Source: Thermoanaerobaculia bacterium (lineage in GTDB: Bacteria > Acidobacteriota > Thermoanaerobaculia > Multivoradales > Multivoraceae). From it: DNA of 64,000 bases. The DNA lies in NCBI GenBank assembly GCA_963666565.1, contig OY762911.1, positions 4,704,001 to 4,768,000 of the forward strand. Reading direction: 5' to 3'. The position numbers were made by a program, and so were the translations under genes. Below are positions 29,500-39,190 of the stretch, in pieces. The stretch's first letter is position 1. Each line of letters begins with the position of its first letter. The notes beneath the pieces are model-generated. The model had not been told where the DNA came from and made no database searches. It saw only the letters and a program-made list of their open reading frames with translations.

Positions 29500-29532
29500 A
29501 GGGCCTCCCCAGCAACGGGGAGGCCCTTCTTC
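29500..29532 (+). terminator. Intrinsic terminator hairpin
   Basis: AGGGCCTCCCC-AGCAAC-GGGGAGGCCCT followed by TCTT, between convergent genes. Confidence 0.75.
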
Positions 29533-29553
29533 GTCAACGATCGCGGAGCGGCT

Positions 29554-30522
29554 TCAGAGCCGGAGAAGTCGAAGGAGTTCCGCTTCGTCGGCACACATCT
29601 GCGCCGCCTTGGCGATCTCGACCTCGGACAAGCCGCGGAGGCCGGCCAGGCGTTCGGCAAGGTCCGGGCTCGTCGGTACGCCGCGCGCATCGAGCACGGC
29701 GACCGCCATCCGGGCACGCCCTGCGGCGAGGCCCTCGTCACGGCCCTCGTCGCGCTCAGCTCGCAGCCACGGATCGTCGTCCGGGCCGGTACCCTCGAGC
29801 GCGCCCATAGCGCGGCCCACGCGACGGAGAACCTCCAGGGTCTCCGGCGACGGCAGGTCGCGGCTCAGGGCAACGTGGATCTCTTCGGCGGTCCAGCCCG
29901 GAAAGGCCCGGCTGGAGGCCGCTTCCCGGAAGCGCTCGCCGTGGTGAAGGTGAATCGTCAGACCGGACAGCAACGACCTCGGATACGAGCGTTCGTCCGG
30001 CACGTCGATCCAGACCTCCGGGAAGCCCCAAGCCTCGTACAGCGGCAGCTTCCACAACCGCGCGTCGGTCGAGTAGTCGACTTCCAGCACGACGTCCGGC
30101 AGTTCGCCGCCGTCAATGTCCACCCGCGCCCCGGCCGGCAACGCGGCCGGATCCAGGTAGAGGATCTGGTCGGCCTGCATCAGCACCCTGTACCCGCCGT
30201 CAGCCTTGGCGCGCACCAGATCCGCCGTCCCCAACGTCTCGATCGGCGCGCCTCTCGACGCCGCGATGCGCTCGGCCAACCTGGCCAACCGCTGCGAGGG
30301 GCGCTCGTGATAGACGGTCGTCGGTTCGCGCAGGACCATGGCCCGCTCCGTGCGTTCCTCCCAGTACTCCACGCGGCCCTCGTAGTCGTCGATCCGCTCC
30401 TTCGGGATCCGAACCGTCCGGCAACCGGACTCGGCGGCCAGGGCCAGCGGCGATGCAACCGGCTCGGGACGTCCCGCTTCCGGCGGCCGCGGGTTCGGGG
30501 TTCGGACGGGCGGTTCAGCCAT
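29554..30522 (-). CDS. Uma2-family (PD-(D/E)xK) putative endonuclease
   Basis: HERPSQRL, MQADQ, LPDVVLEVD and LYEAWGFPEVW; C-terminal AERDEGRDEG repeat-like tail. Start taken at ATG 30522. Confidence 0.78.
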   Translation of the reverse strand: MAEPPVRTPNPRPPEAGRPEPVASPLALAAESGCRTVRIPKERIDDYEGRVEYWEERTERAMVLREPTTVYHERPSQRLARLAERIAASRGAPIETLGTADLVRAKADGGYRVLMQADQILYLDPAALPAGARVDIDGGELPDVVLEVDYSTDARLWKLPLYEAWGFPEVWIDVPDERSYPRSLLSGLTIHLHHGERFREAASSRAFPGWTAEEIHVALSRDLPSPETLEVLRRVGRAMGALEGTGPDDDPWLRAERDEGRDEGLAAGRARMAVAVLDARGVPTSPDLAERLAGLRGLSEVEIAKAAQMCADEAELLRLLRL

Positions 30523-30544
30523 GGCCCGAGCGTACACCGGCGCT

Positions 30545-30690
30545 CGGGCCTTCGGCAGCGAGAACCCGGACTGCGGAACGTCGCGGTCGAGAAAGGTCTC
30601 CACGAAACTCTGGCGCCACAGGGCGGACAGGTCGCCGTCCTCGGCCAGAAAGCTGCGAGGGAACCCGCCCCGCAACCAGAGCTTCCGCCA
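30545..30690 (-). pseudogene. Short internal fragment of an AAA+/DUF4143 ATPase
   Basis: KLWLRGGFPRSFLA..SALWRQSFVETFLDRDVPQ.G matches the region after the AAA domain in this family; no Walker motifs are present. Confidence 0.6.
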
Positions 30691-30767
30691 TCCGCCTGGA
30701 GTTGCTTGAAAATCGCTCGGTCAAGAGACGATTTTCCCGAAACTTCCGGTGCGGACCGCGTCTCAGG

Positions 30768-32042
30768 CTACCCGGCCACCCAGGGAATCGTCTGCGGACC
30801 TTCGGGCAGCACGCAGATGCGCGCGTCGGGCCGCGCCGCCACGCACTCGGCGAGCGCGTCGTCGAGGTCGGGCGCCGGCTCGAAGTGCGCGGCGGCAAGC
30901 TGCTCCCCGCTCAGGCCGTCCGCCTTGACCAGCACCCGGGCGCGGCGCTGGATCAGCGCCTGAACCTGGACCTGCCACTGATCTGGCTCGGTCGTCGGAC
31001 GAGCCTCGATCTGCTGGAGCAATTCCTCGGGCGAGCCGCCGCGGCCGAGCAGTTCGGCGTAGCGGCCGTGGTCCGGAATGCCGTCGCTGCACTCGGCCGC
31101 GCAGAGGATGGTTCCGCCGTCGGCGACCACCTGCGCGGCCGCCGACATCCCCTTGACCGCCTGGTAGAGGTTCTGGTCGAGCGGGTAGCCGGAGTTCGTC
31201 GTCACGACGACGTCGAACCGGTGGCCGGTCTCCCGCATGGCAATCGGCTTCGCGGTCGCGCAGGCCCGCCGGTGCATCTCGAAGAGTTCGCCAGCGAAGA
31301 CGTACGTGATCCTCTGCTGCCGGTCGAGCAGCACGTCGACGCTGAAGTGCGGCTTCGCCTCCGGCCGCGCCGCGATCGCCCGGATGTCGCCGTGCAGCGG
31401 GTTGTCGTCGATGATCCCCCAGGTCGACCGCGGATCGCCCACGCGGGCGGCGTCGTGCAGGGTGAGCACCGTGTCGAGCCCGGCGAGCCCCGGCGCCACC
31501 ATCTTCGGGCCGCCCGAGAAGCCCGCGAAGAAGTGCGGCTCGACGAAGCCGGTCGTGATCCGGAGGTCGGCCTCCAGCCAGTGGCGGCAGAGCCGGGTCG
31601 GGACGCCGGCGCCGGTCTCTCCCAGGTCGACGAGCGAGGCGTCGTCGCGGGCGTCGTGGTTGACCACGCGGCAGGCGCCGAGGATCTCGTCGCCCAGCAT
31701 CGCCCGGAGTTCGGCCCGCGTGTTGGCCCGATGAGTGCCGGTGGCGATCAGGATGGTGACGTCCTCCGGGCGAACGATGCCGTCGAGTTCCCGCAGAACC
31801 GCGGCGACCATCTCCCGCCGCGGCTGCGCCCGGGTGATGTCGCACACCGAGATCGCGACGGTCTGTCCCGGCTTCGCCAACTCGCGGAGGGGCGGTCCGG
31901 CGACCGGTCGCCGCAGCGCCGCTGTCAGAGCCGCGGCCGGTTCGTCCAGTGCGGGCGCCTGGATCGGCTCGATCACGGTCGTCCGCTCGCGCGGCACGTT
32001 GATCGTCAGGCCGCTGCGGCCGTAGGCCAGGCGCACACGCAT
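30768..32042 (-). CDS. Nickel-dependent lactate racemase (LarA) family protein
   Basis: DITR, IATGTHR, VVNHD, EPHFFAGFSGGPK and DQNLYQAVKG motifs. Confidence 0.9.
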   Translation of the reverse strand: MRVRLAYGRSGLTINVPRERTTVIEPIQAPALDEPAAALTAALRRPVAGPPLRELAKPGQTVAISVCDITRAQPRREMVAAVLRELDGIVRPEDVTILIATGTHRANTRAELRAMLGDEILGACRVVNHDARDDASLVDLGETGAGVPTRLCRHWLEADLRITTGFVEPHFFAGFSGGPKMVAPGLAGLDTVLTLHDAARVGDPRSTWGIIDDNPLHGDIRAIAARPEAKPHFSVDVLLDRQQRITYVFAGELFEMHRRACATAKPIAMRETGHRFDVVVTTNSGYPLDQNLYQAVKGMSAAAQVVADGGTILCAAECSDGIPDHGRYAELLGRGGSPEELLQQIEARPTTEPDQWQVQVQALIQRRARVLVKADGLSGEQLAAAHFEPAPDLDDALAECVAARPDARICVLPEGPQTIPWVAG

Positions 32043-32195
32043 GAGCGAACTCTACGCGCCTGCCCTCACGGTCTGCTCGCGGCGCCGCCGCCTCGCTCGA
32101 GAATCGGCCACTGACCGACCGATCTTCAAGGATCTTGAGCGGAGGGTCCGAGTGTCGGTGCGCCGGCCTTCCGGCCGGCTGCCAGCGGAGGCGGC

Positions 32196-33575
32196 TCAGT
32201 CGAGGCGGCGCACCTTGATGCTGCGGAAGGCGACCTCGTCGCCGTGGTCCTGCAAGAGGATGCGGCCCTCCGGCCACTTGCCGAACCCTTCGCGGTGGGC
32301 GAACTTGCTCAGGGCGATCGCCTCGTCGAGCTCCTCCGAGTTCCGGTCGAACGCCAGCACCAACTGGTGGTTCAGCCAGTGTTCCACCGTGCCGTCGGCG
32401 CGGACGACGATCCTCGCGTGGTTGTAGCGGCCCGGTCCATGAACGAAGCGCCCTGTCTTGGTCGCCGGCAGGAGGTCGTAGAGGGAAGCGAGCGTCCGGT
32501 TGCCGTCAAGGCCAGCCTGGGCGTCCGGGTGGCGCATGTCGTCCAGGATCTGGTACTCGAACGCCACCGCCGAACCGGGGGCCGAGCCGTAACCCTCCGT
32601 GACCAGGTACTTGATGCCGCTGTTCGCGCCCTCCGTCATCCGCAACTCCAACTGGAGCTCGAACGCGGAGAACGTCTCGCGGGTCACGATCCCGCCGCCG
32701 CGGGGTCCGCCGGGTTCCGAGGCGAGTACCGTCAGCTCTCCGTCGCGCACGTCCCAGCCGGTCGCCGGGAAGTCCTCGCGGTGGGCGCCGCGCCACGCCT
32801 CCGTGCTTTCGCCGTCGAAGAGCGGTTCCCAGCCCATTGCCGCTTCCGCCTCCGAGAGCCGGTTCGGCCGCGTGTCGACAACGTACGGGAACGATCGGCG
32901 GCTTGGCGAGAGATCCTCGGTTCGCAACAAGACGTTCCGGTAGCGAACCTGCAGTCCGCCCTGCTCCGGCCCGACCGAGTGGACCTGCAGCGCGATGAAG
33001 CCGCGCGGCGTCATCTCGTCGATCAGGAAGGTCGCCGGCACGTTGTTCAGCCAGGTCCGGATCTCGGGGCCGATCGCCTCGATGTAGACGTGGTTCCAGT
33101 CTCCCTGGCGAAAGGCCTGGCTCGCCGCCGGGTTCAGGGTCAGTGGAAACAGCCAGCCGCGGCGGGCTTCGTCGTAGATGCCCGCGCTCCAGGCGCGTTC
33201 GCTGGGGTCGATCTCCACCTGGTAGCCGTGGACGACGCCGTTCCAGTAGTCCGGGTCGCTGTGGCTGCGGATCTGGATGCCGGCGTTCAGCCCCTCGTCG
33301 ATCTTGAACTCGAGCTGCAGGGCGAAGTCGCCGTACTCCTCCGTCGTGGCGAGAAAGGAATTCGGCGTCTCGATCACCGCCGTGCCGACGACGACGCCGT
33401 CCTCCAGCGAGTACTTGGCCGCCCCGCCAAGTTGGCGCCATCCGCGGTCGAGTCCGCCGGCGGTCAGGTCGATCCAACCGGAGTCGGCCGCCGGTTGAGC
33501 GGTGCCGGGCGCGGTCGCGCCGAGCAGGAGGACGAGGCCGGCCGCGAGGCACGTCGAGGCAGGGAAGGGGCGCAT
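32196..33575 (-). CDS. Secreted tandem DUF1080 (3-keto-disaccharide hydrolase-like) protein
   Basis: Signal peptide and two domains, with NAGIQ/NSGIKY, YQVEID/EYQILDD and ILLQDHG motifs. Confidence 0.85.
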   Translation of the reverse strand: MRPFPASTCLAAGLVLLLGATAPGTAQPAADSGWIDLTAGGLDRGWRQLGGAAKYSLEDGVVVGTAVIETPNSFLATTEEYGDFALQLEFKIDEGLNAGIQIRSHSDPDYWNGVVHGYQVEIDPSERAWSAGIYDEARRGWLFPLTLNPAASQAFRQGDWNHVYIEAIGPEIRTWLNNVPATFLIDEMTPRGFIALQVHSVGPEQGGLQVRYRNVLLRTEDLSPSRRSFPYVVDTRPNRLSEAEAAMGWEPLFDGESTEAWRGAHREDFPATGWDVRDGELTVLASEPGGPRGGGIVTRETFSAFELQLELRMTEGANSGIKYLVTEGYGSAPGSAVAFEYQILDDMRHPDAQAGLDGNRTLASLYDLLPATKTGRFVHGPGRYNHARIVVRADGTVEHWLNHQLVLAFDRNSEELDEAIALSKFAHREGFGKWPEGRILLQDHGDEVAFRSIKVRRLD

Positions 33576-33622
33576 GGAAGTCTCAGCCTATCGTCCTCGT
33601 TTCAACGAGGCCGCCGGCCGGG

Positions 33623-33682
33623 GGCCGGCGACGATGCTGTACGCCGCCTGCGGCGGCAGCGGGTCAGAGGACCCGCGCACCC
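33623..33682. repeat. REP copy with extended flank shared with the 13557 REPIN
   Basis: GCCGGCGACGATGCTGTACGCCGCCTGCGGCGGCAGCGGGTCAGAGGACCCGCGCACCC is a near reverse complement of about 13559-13618. Confidence 0.8.
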
Positions 33683-33745
33683 GGCCGGCGGGCCGGAGGA
33701 CTCGCACACCCACCCGGCTAGGATCGCCGCTTCCAGCCGTTCGGC

Positions 33746-34855
33746 GTGAGGAGGAGACAGCCCTTGGAATCGATCGACATTCACCCGCGGGCACTGCGCC
33801 AGGCGGCCATGACGATCCTCGAAGCCGGCGGCAGCGGGCCGGAGGAAGCGCGCATCGTTGCCGATCACCTGGTGCTGGCGAACCTCTCGGGGCACGACAG
33901 CCACGGCGTCGGCATGATCCCGGCCTACGAGCGGAGCCTGAGCAATGGCACGCTGAAGCCGAACCGGACGGTCGAACTGGTCCGCGACGACGGCGCGATC
34001 ATGATGTTCGACGGCGGCATGGGCTACGGCCAGGTGGTCGGCCGCGAAGCGACGGCAGCGGCGATCGAGCGCTGCCGGACCACCGGCGTGGCCGTGGCGC
34101 CGGTCCGCTACTGCCACCACCTCGGCCGGATCGGCACCTACGGCGAACAGGTGGCGGACGCCGGCCTCGCTTCGCTCCACTTCGTCAACGTGGTCGGCCA
34201 CCAGGCGCTGGTCGCGCCTTACCGGGGAACCGACGCCCGCTACTCGACGAATCCCATCTGCCTGTCCCTGCCCGGCAGCGAGGCGCAGCCGCCGGTCCTC
34301 CTCGACATGGCGACCAGCCGGATCGCCCACGGCAAGGCGCGGGTGGCCCACAACATGGGCGAGAAAACGCCGGAGGGATCCCTGATCGACCACCGCGGCC
34401 GGAAGACCCGCGACCCGGGGGTGCTCTTCAGGCAGCCGGCAGGCGCGTTGACCTCGTTCGGCGACCACAAGGGCTACGGCCTCGCCGTCTTCTGCGAACT
34501 CCTCGGCGGCATGATGAGCGGCGGCCGCACCGCCCAGCCCGAGCACGCGATGGAGGGCACGATTTGCAACAACATGTTCATGATCGTGTTCGACCCCGAC
34601 CGGCTGATCCCGCGTTCGGCGATGGAGCACGAGCTTGCGGCCCTGGTCGCCCACGTCAAGGCGTCGCCGCCGGCCGATGCGGGAGAACCCGTGCTCGTGC
34701 CGGGCGACCCCGAGCGGGCCAGCCGGAGCGAACGCGCCGAGGCGATCCCGGTGGACGCCGAGTCCTGGCGTCAGATCGTCGCCGCCGGGGAGCGGTTGGG
34801 CGTCGATCCCGACGGGCTGGAGGCCCTCGCGGCCGGCCAGGCGGAGCCGGCCTGA
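33746..34855 (+). CDS. Ldh2-family (malate/lactate/ureidoglycolate) dehydrogenase, YbiC/HcxB-like
   Basis: GHDSHG, HHLGRIG, STNPIC, LDMATS, HKGYGL and VLVPGDPE. Start approximate. Confidence 0.88.
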   Translation: MRRRQPLESIDIHPRALRQAAMTILEAGGSGPEEARIVADHLVLANLSGHDSHGVGMIPAYERSLSNGTLKPNRTVELVRDDGAIMMFDGGMGYGQVVGREATAAAIERCRTTGVAVAPVRYCHHLGRIGTYGEQVADAGLASLHFVNVVGHQALVAPYRGTDARYSTNPICLSLPGSEAQPPVLLDMATSRIAHGKARVAHNMGEKTPEGSLIDHRGRKTRDPGVLFRQPAGALTSFGDHKGYGLAVFCELLGGMMSGGRTAQPEHAMEGTICNNMFMIVFDPDRLIPRSAMEHELAALVAHVKASPPADAGEPVLVPGDPERASRSERAEAIPVDAESWRQIVAAGERLGVDPDGLEALAAGQAEPA

Positions 34856-34890
34856 CGACCGGCGCGCGCTTCTGGCCGCCTCCGGCGGCA

Positions 34891-34916
34891 GCGGGTCGGA
34901 GGACCCGCGCACCCAG
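34891..34916. repeat. REP copy
   Basis: GCGGGTCGGAGGACCCGCGCACCCAG between convergent genes. Confidence 0.85.
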
Positions 34917-34918
34917 CG

Positions 34919-35983
34919 TTAGCGCTCCGCCTCGCTGAGGAACCGCCACAGTAGTTCGCCGCCGAAGTTGCCGGCGTCGTCCCGGGGCCATACGTGGGCG
35001 CCGTTCCACGAGCAACTGCGGACGGCGCGGCCGCCGGCGCAATCCGGGTACTCGACGCACGTGAGATCCCGCCGGCCGTCCCACGGCGTCTCGACGGCGA
35101 CCGGTTCGGCGGAGCAGGATTGCGACTCCGCCCACTTCGCCGCCACTTCCGCCTGCGACGTGTAGGTGTAACCGTCGCTGGCGTCCGAACCGTCGATGGG
35201 CACGGTCCGGTCCGCCGTGCCGCCGACCAGCAGCATCGACGGACCGGGCGCCTCCGCCGCGCAGTTGAAGCCGCGGGCCAGGTAGCCGTGCATCGGCGCG
35301 ACCCCGGCCAAGCGGTCGCCGAGGGCGCAACCGAGCCGGTGGACGAACATGCCGCCGTTGCTGTAACCGGAGGCGAAGACGCGGTCCGTGTCGATGCAGA
35401 GCTCCGCCGACAGGCGGTCGATCAGCGCCGCGATGTAGCCGACGTCGTCGTGGCATGAGCACCAGTTGCACGGCCCGCAAGTTCCGCACTCCGGCGGGCA
35501 GGGATACGGGTCCGCGTCCTCGCGGCAGGCGGGCGCCTCCGGCTGGAGCGCCGCGCTGCAGGCGAGATCGTTCCAGGAGGTGATCGTCGCGCTCCGGCCG
35601 CCCGCCGCGTCGCCGAGCGGCGCCTTGAACGACGTGCCCTGCGGGAACACGAGGATGAACCCCTCGCGGTCGGCGAGCTCGGAGAGGCCCGTCCAGCCGT
35701 CGCTGTGCCGGGCGCTGCCGGTGTAGCCGTGCACGTGCAGCCAGAGCGGCGCGGGGGACGCGGCGTCGTGGCGGGCGGGTAGGTGCAGCCGGTAGCCCCG
35801 GATCAGGCCGCCGTGGGCGAGTTCCAGGTCGACGCCGGCGCCGGGCGTAGCGGCCGAGGCGAAGCCGGCGGAAGATGACGCGGCCGAGCAGCCGGGGCTC
35901 TCGCCGGCGGCGAGCGGCGCGGCGACCGCGAGGAAGGCGACGGCCGCTGCGCCCGTTGACCGTCGTGGAGGCATTGCCGGCAT
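34919..35983 (-). CDS. Secreted LpqP/PHB-depolymerase-like esterase with a Cys-rich insert
   Basis: HGY, VFPQG, DDVGYI, GYSNGG nucleophile, D (ADRTV) and H (AHVWP). The upstream part of the 610-aa ORF is shadow. Confidence 0.8.
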   Translation of the reverse strand: MPAMPPRRSTGAAAVAFLAVAAPLAAGESPGCSAASSSAGFASAATPGAGVDLELAHGGLIRGYRLHLPARHDAASPAPLWLHVHGYTGSARHSDGWTGLSELADREGFILVFPQGTSFKAPLGDAAGGRSATITSWNDLACSAALQPEAPACREDADPYPCPPECGTCGPCNWCSCHDDVGYIAALIDRLSAELCIDTDRVFASGYSNGGMFVHRLGCALGDRLAGVAPMHGYLARGFNCAAEAPGPSMLLVGGTADRTVPIDGSDASDGYTYTSQAEVAAKWAESQSCSAEPVAVETPWDGRRDLTCVEYPDCAGGRAVRSCSWNGAHVWPRDDAGNFGGELLWRFLSEAER

Positions 35984-36052
35984 CGTAGCGCGGGCGGAGC
36001 GTGGAAGGTGCCGGCCTATGGCCGGCGCGTTTCCTGGCCGCCTTCGGCGGCA

Positions 36053-36114
36053 GCGGGTCAGAAGACCCGCGCACCCAGTCGGTCGCAGACTGGGCGCGCC
36101 GACGTCCTCGTCGG
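36053..36114. repeat. Adjacent REP copies of both subfamilies
   Basis: GCGGGTCAGAAGACCCGCGCACCCAG (36053-36078) and CTGGGCGCGCCGACGTCCTCGTCGGC (36089-36114). Confidence 0.8.
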
Positions 36115-36180
36115 CCTTCCGAAAGACACGCGCGAGGCCGAAGGCCTCGCTCCGTGAGGGACGCAGCACCCAGCCGGAGG

Positions 36181-36966
36181 CTAGCGAGGCAGCGCCTGGA
36201 AGTAGCCGCCCCGTTCCACGACTTCCACGCCAACCTCGAACAGCTCGGACAGTGTCGCGCTCGTCAGAACTTCGTCCTTCGGCCCGTCCGCGAACACCCG
36301 TCCGGCCTTGAGCAGCACGACCCGCTCGACCTCTGGCGGGATCTGGTCGACGTGGTGGGTGACGATGACCAGCGTCGTGCCAGCCGCCGCCAGGGCCCGC
36401 AGCCGCTCCATCAACCCGAACGCGGCCTTGAGGTCGAGGCCGGTCGCCGGCTCGTCGAGCAGGAGGGTGTGCGGCTCGTGGACCAGCGCCCGCGCCAACA
36501 GCAGGCGCCTCTGCTCGCCGGAGGAGAGCGTGTCGAACCGGCGCTCCAGCAGGTCGCCGGCGCCCTGGCTCGCCGCAGTTGCCACGGCCCGCTGCCGCTG
36601 AGCGTCCGTCAACCCCTGGTGCCGGTAGACGCCGACGCTGGCGAAGAAGCCGGAGCACACCACGTCCAGGCCCGAGAGCCAGCCGTGGTGCGTCGCCTGC
36701 AACTCGTGCGACACAACGCCGAGCTGCCGGCGCACATCGAACACGTTCCACCGGTTCCGGCCCAGCAACCGCATCCGGACACCCGGCCGCCGCAACGGGA
36801 AGAACTCGCCGTTCAGCATCCGCAACAGAGTCGACTTGCCGGCGCCGTTGGGACCGAGAACGGCCACGTTCTGCCGCTGAGGAATCGTCAGCGACACCCG
36901 GTCCAGGGCCCGCCGGCCGCCCCGCACCACGGTCACCTCTCCCAGTTCGACGAGCGACGGGATCAC
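36181..36966 (-). CDS. ABC transporter ATP-binding protein, ModF-like
   Basis: GPNGAGKS, LSSGE, LLLDEP and VTHH. Start uncertain (GTG 36966). Confidence 0.88.
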   Translation of the reverse strand: MIPSLVELGEVTVVRGGRRALDRVSLTIPQRQNVAVLGPNGAGKSTLLRMLNGEFFPLRRPGVRMRLLGRNRWNVFDVRRQLGVVSHELQATHHGWLSGLDVVCSGFFASVGVYRHQGLTDAQRQRAVATAASQGAGDLLERRFDTLSSGEQRRLLLARALVHEPHTLLLDEPATGLDLKAAFGLMERLRALAAAGTTLVIVTHHVDQIPPEVERVVLLKAGRVFADGPKDEVLTSATLSELFEVGVEVVERGGYFQALPR

Positions 36967-37065
36967 GGCAGCACCGGCATGGAGGACTGGCGATTCGAGC
37001 GCTTCAGCGGGCCGGAACGGGCACGGCAGCCGCCTGCCGGACAACGGCCGATTCCCGGCACGGAA

Positions 37066-37887
37066 CTACCGGCCCCGGAACCGCGGCGGCCGCTTCTCCA
37101 GGAACGCCTTGCGGCCCTCGACGTAGTCGTCGGAGCGGAAGCAGGCCTCGACGAGCTGCTTCACGCGGTCCAGGTCGCGGCGTTCCGGGTCCTTGGTGGC
37201 CTGCTTGATCGCGAACTTGGCGGCGCGGAGCGTCAGCGGGGCATTGGCGGCCATCCTGCCGGCCAGATCGCGGACGGTGTCCTCCAGATCGTCGACGGCG
37301 GCGACCCGGTCGATCAGCCCCATGTGCATCGCCTCGGCGGCCGTGAACCGGCGCGCCGTCAGCAGGATCTCGCTGGTGCGGGACGGCCCGACGAGATCGA
37401 CCAGCACCTTGATCCCGGCGAAGCCGTAGCCCACGCCGAGCCGGCCGGCCGGGATCCCGAACAGCGAGTCCTCCGAGGCGATACGCAGGTCCGCGTTGAG
37501 CGCCGTGGCCAGACCGCCGCCGAGGCAGTAACCGCGGATCATCGCGATCAGCGGCTTCTCCAGCGCGGCGAACGCCCGGCCGGTCTCGCGGCCGGCGCGG
37601 TCGTAGCGTTCGCGGGCCTCGACGGTCGTCCGCAGCTTCTTGAACTCGGAGATGTCGGCGCCGGACACGAAGGCCCGGTCACCGGCGCCGCGCAGCACGA
37701 CGACCCGCACCGCGTCGTCCTCCTGGAACCGGCGCAAAACGAAGGCCGACGCCTCCTGCATCTCCAGAGACAGGGCGTTCCGCCGCTCCGGGTTGTTGTA
37801 GGTGAGCCAGCCGACGCCGTCGTCGATCCTCGCCTCGATCTTCGTCGTCGGCAGGTCGACGACCGTCGCTTCGGAGGTCGCGGTCAC
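37066..37887 (-). CDS. Enoyl-CoA hydratase/isomerase
   Basis: NNPERRNAL, AFVSGADISE, KPLIAMIRGYCLGGG and EGRKAFLEKR. Confidence 0.92.
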   Translation of the reverse strand: MTATSEATVVDLPTTKIEARIDDGVGWLTYNNPERRNALSLEMQEASAFVLRRFQEDDAVRVVVLRGAGDRAFVSGADISEFKKLRTTVEARERYDRAGRETGRAFAALEKPLIAMIRGYCLGGGLATALNADLRIASEDSLFGIPAGRLGVGYGFAGIKVLVDLVGPSRTSEILLTARRFTAAEAMHMGLIDRVAAVDDLEDTVRDLAGRMAANAPLTLRAAKFAIKQATKDPERRDLDRVKQLVEACFRSDDYVEGRKAFLEKRPPRFRGR

Positions 37888-38002
37888 TCTCGCTTCTCCG
37901 AGCAGAAGGCGCTGCGCCCTTCGCCGATCGGGGTCACGGCGCCGACCTCTCGCTCCGCAGTCATTGCGCGCGTCCTCGAGAGCGGGCCTCCATCCTGCGT
38001 CA

Positions 38003-39181
38003 TCACGCCACGACTCCTCCGGCCCGAAGCTCGTCGATCTCTTCCTCGCCGAGCCCCGCCTCGGCGAGGATCTCGTCCGTGTGCTCGCCCAGCCCTGGCG
38101 CCGGGCTGCGCAGCTCGAAAGGCGTTCTGCTCAGCCGCACCGGCTGGCCCACGAGCCGCACCGGACCGAGGTCCGGGTGCTCCAGCGGCACGGCGATGCC
38201 ACTGTGCTCCACCTGGGGGTCTGCGAAGGTCTGGCCCAGGTCGTAGACCGGACCGCACGGCAGACCGGCGTCGTTCAGGCGCTCGACGATCTCCTCCACC
38301 TTGAAGCGCCGGGTCAGGTCGGCGACCTCCTCCTCGAGCCGCGCGCGGTTGGCGACGCGCCGGGCGGAATCCCCGTACTCCGGCCGCTCGAGCAGTTCCT
38401 CGCCGCCGAGGGCCTGGCACATGCCGCGGAAGTGCTTGTCGCTCGTGGCCGCGATGTTGACCCAGCCGTCGGCCGCCGGGAACGTGCCCATCGGCGAGAT
38501 CGTCGGGTGGTGGTTGCCCTGCTGGCCGGGGACTTCGCCCTCGACCAGGTAGCGCGCGGCCTGAAAGTCGAGCATCCCGATCATCGCCTCGAGCAGCGAG
38601 GTCGTCACCCACTGCCCCTCGCCCGAACGCTCGCGTTCGCGCAGCGCCGCCATGATGCCGAAGGCGAGGTAGAGGCCGGCCGCCAAGTCCGAGATCGCCG
38701 TGCCGACCCGCACCGGGCCCTGACCGGGCAGCCCCGTCACCGACATCAGCCCGCCCAGACCCTGGGCGATCTGGTCGACGCCGCCGCGATCCCGGTACGG
38801 CCCGGTCTGGCCGAAGCCGGACACGCTGGCGTAGACGATGCGCGGATTGACCGCCCGCACCGTCTCGTAGTCGAACCCGAGCCGGCGCTTCACGTCGGCG
38901 CGGTAGTTCTCGACCAGCACGTCCGCGTCGCGGGCCAGGCGCAGCAGCACCTCGCGGCCTTCGTCCTTCTTCAGGTCCAGCGTCAGGCAGCGCTTGTTCC
39001 GGTGGAGGTTCTGGTAGTCGTGGCCGAGCCGGCGCGAGATGCCGATCTCCCTGCCGGGCGCCGGCGGGCGTTCGATCCGCACCACGTCGGCGCCCCAGTC
39101 CGCGAGCTGCCGCACCGCGGTCGGCCCGGCGCGGGCGATCGTCAGGTCGAGGACCCGCAGGTCCGCCAGGGGAAGCGACAT
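38003..39181 (-). CDS. CaiB/BaiF family III CoA-transferase
   Basis: VLDLT..RAGP, GADVVRIE, RNKR, DVLVENYR, SGFGQTGP and APGLGEHT. Confidence 0.93.
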   Translation of the reverse strand: MSLPLADLRVLDLTIARAGPTAVRQLADWGADVVRIERPPAPGREIGISRRLGHDYQNLHRNKRCLTLDLKKDEGREVLLRLARDADVLVENYRADVKRRLGFDYETVRAVNPRIVYASVSGFGQTGPYRDRGGVDQIAQGLGGLMSVTGLPGQGPVRVGTAISDLAAGLYLAFGIMAALRERERSGEGQWVTTSLLEAMIGMLDFQAARYLVEGEVPGQQGNHHPTISPMGTFPAADGWVNIAATSDKHFRGMCQALGGEELLERPEYGDSARRVANRARLEEEVADLTRRFKVEEIVERLNDAGLPCGPVYDLGQTFADPQVEHSGIAVPLEHPDLGPVRLVGQPVRLSRTPFELRSPAPGLGEHTDEILAEAGLGEEEIDELRAGGVVA

Positions 39182-39190
39182 GAGCCGGAA

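Noticed and set aside
30523-30675. A genuine ATPase-Uma2 fusion protein
   Set aside because: Only about 45 codons of the ATPase remain, without Walker motifs; it is more likely a remnant in frame by chance.
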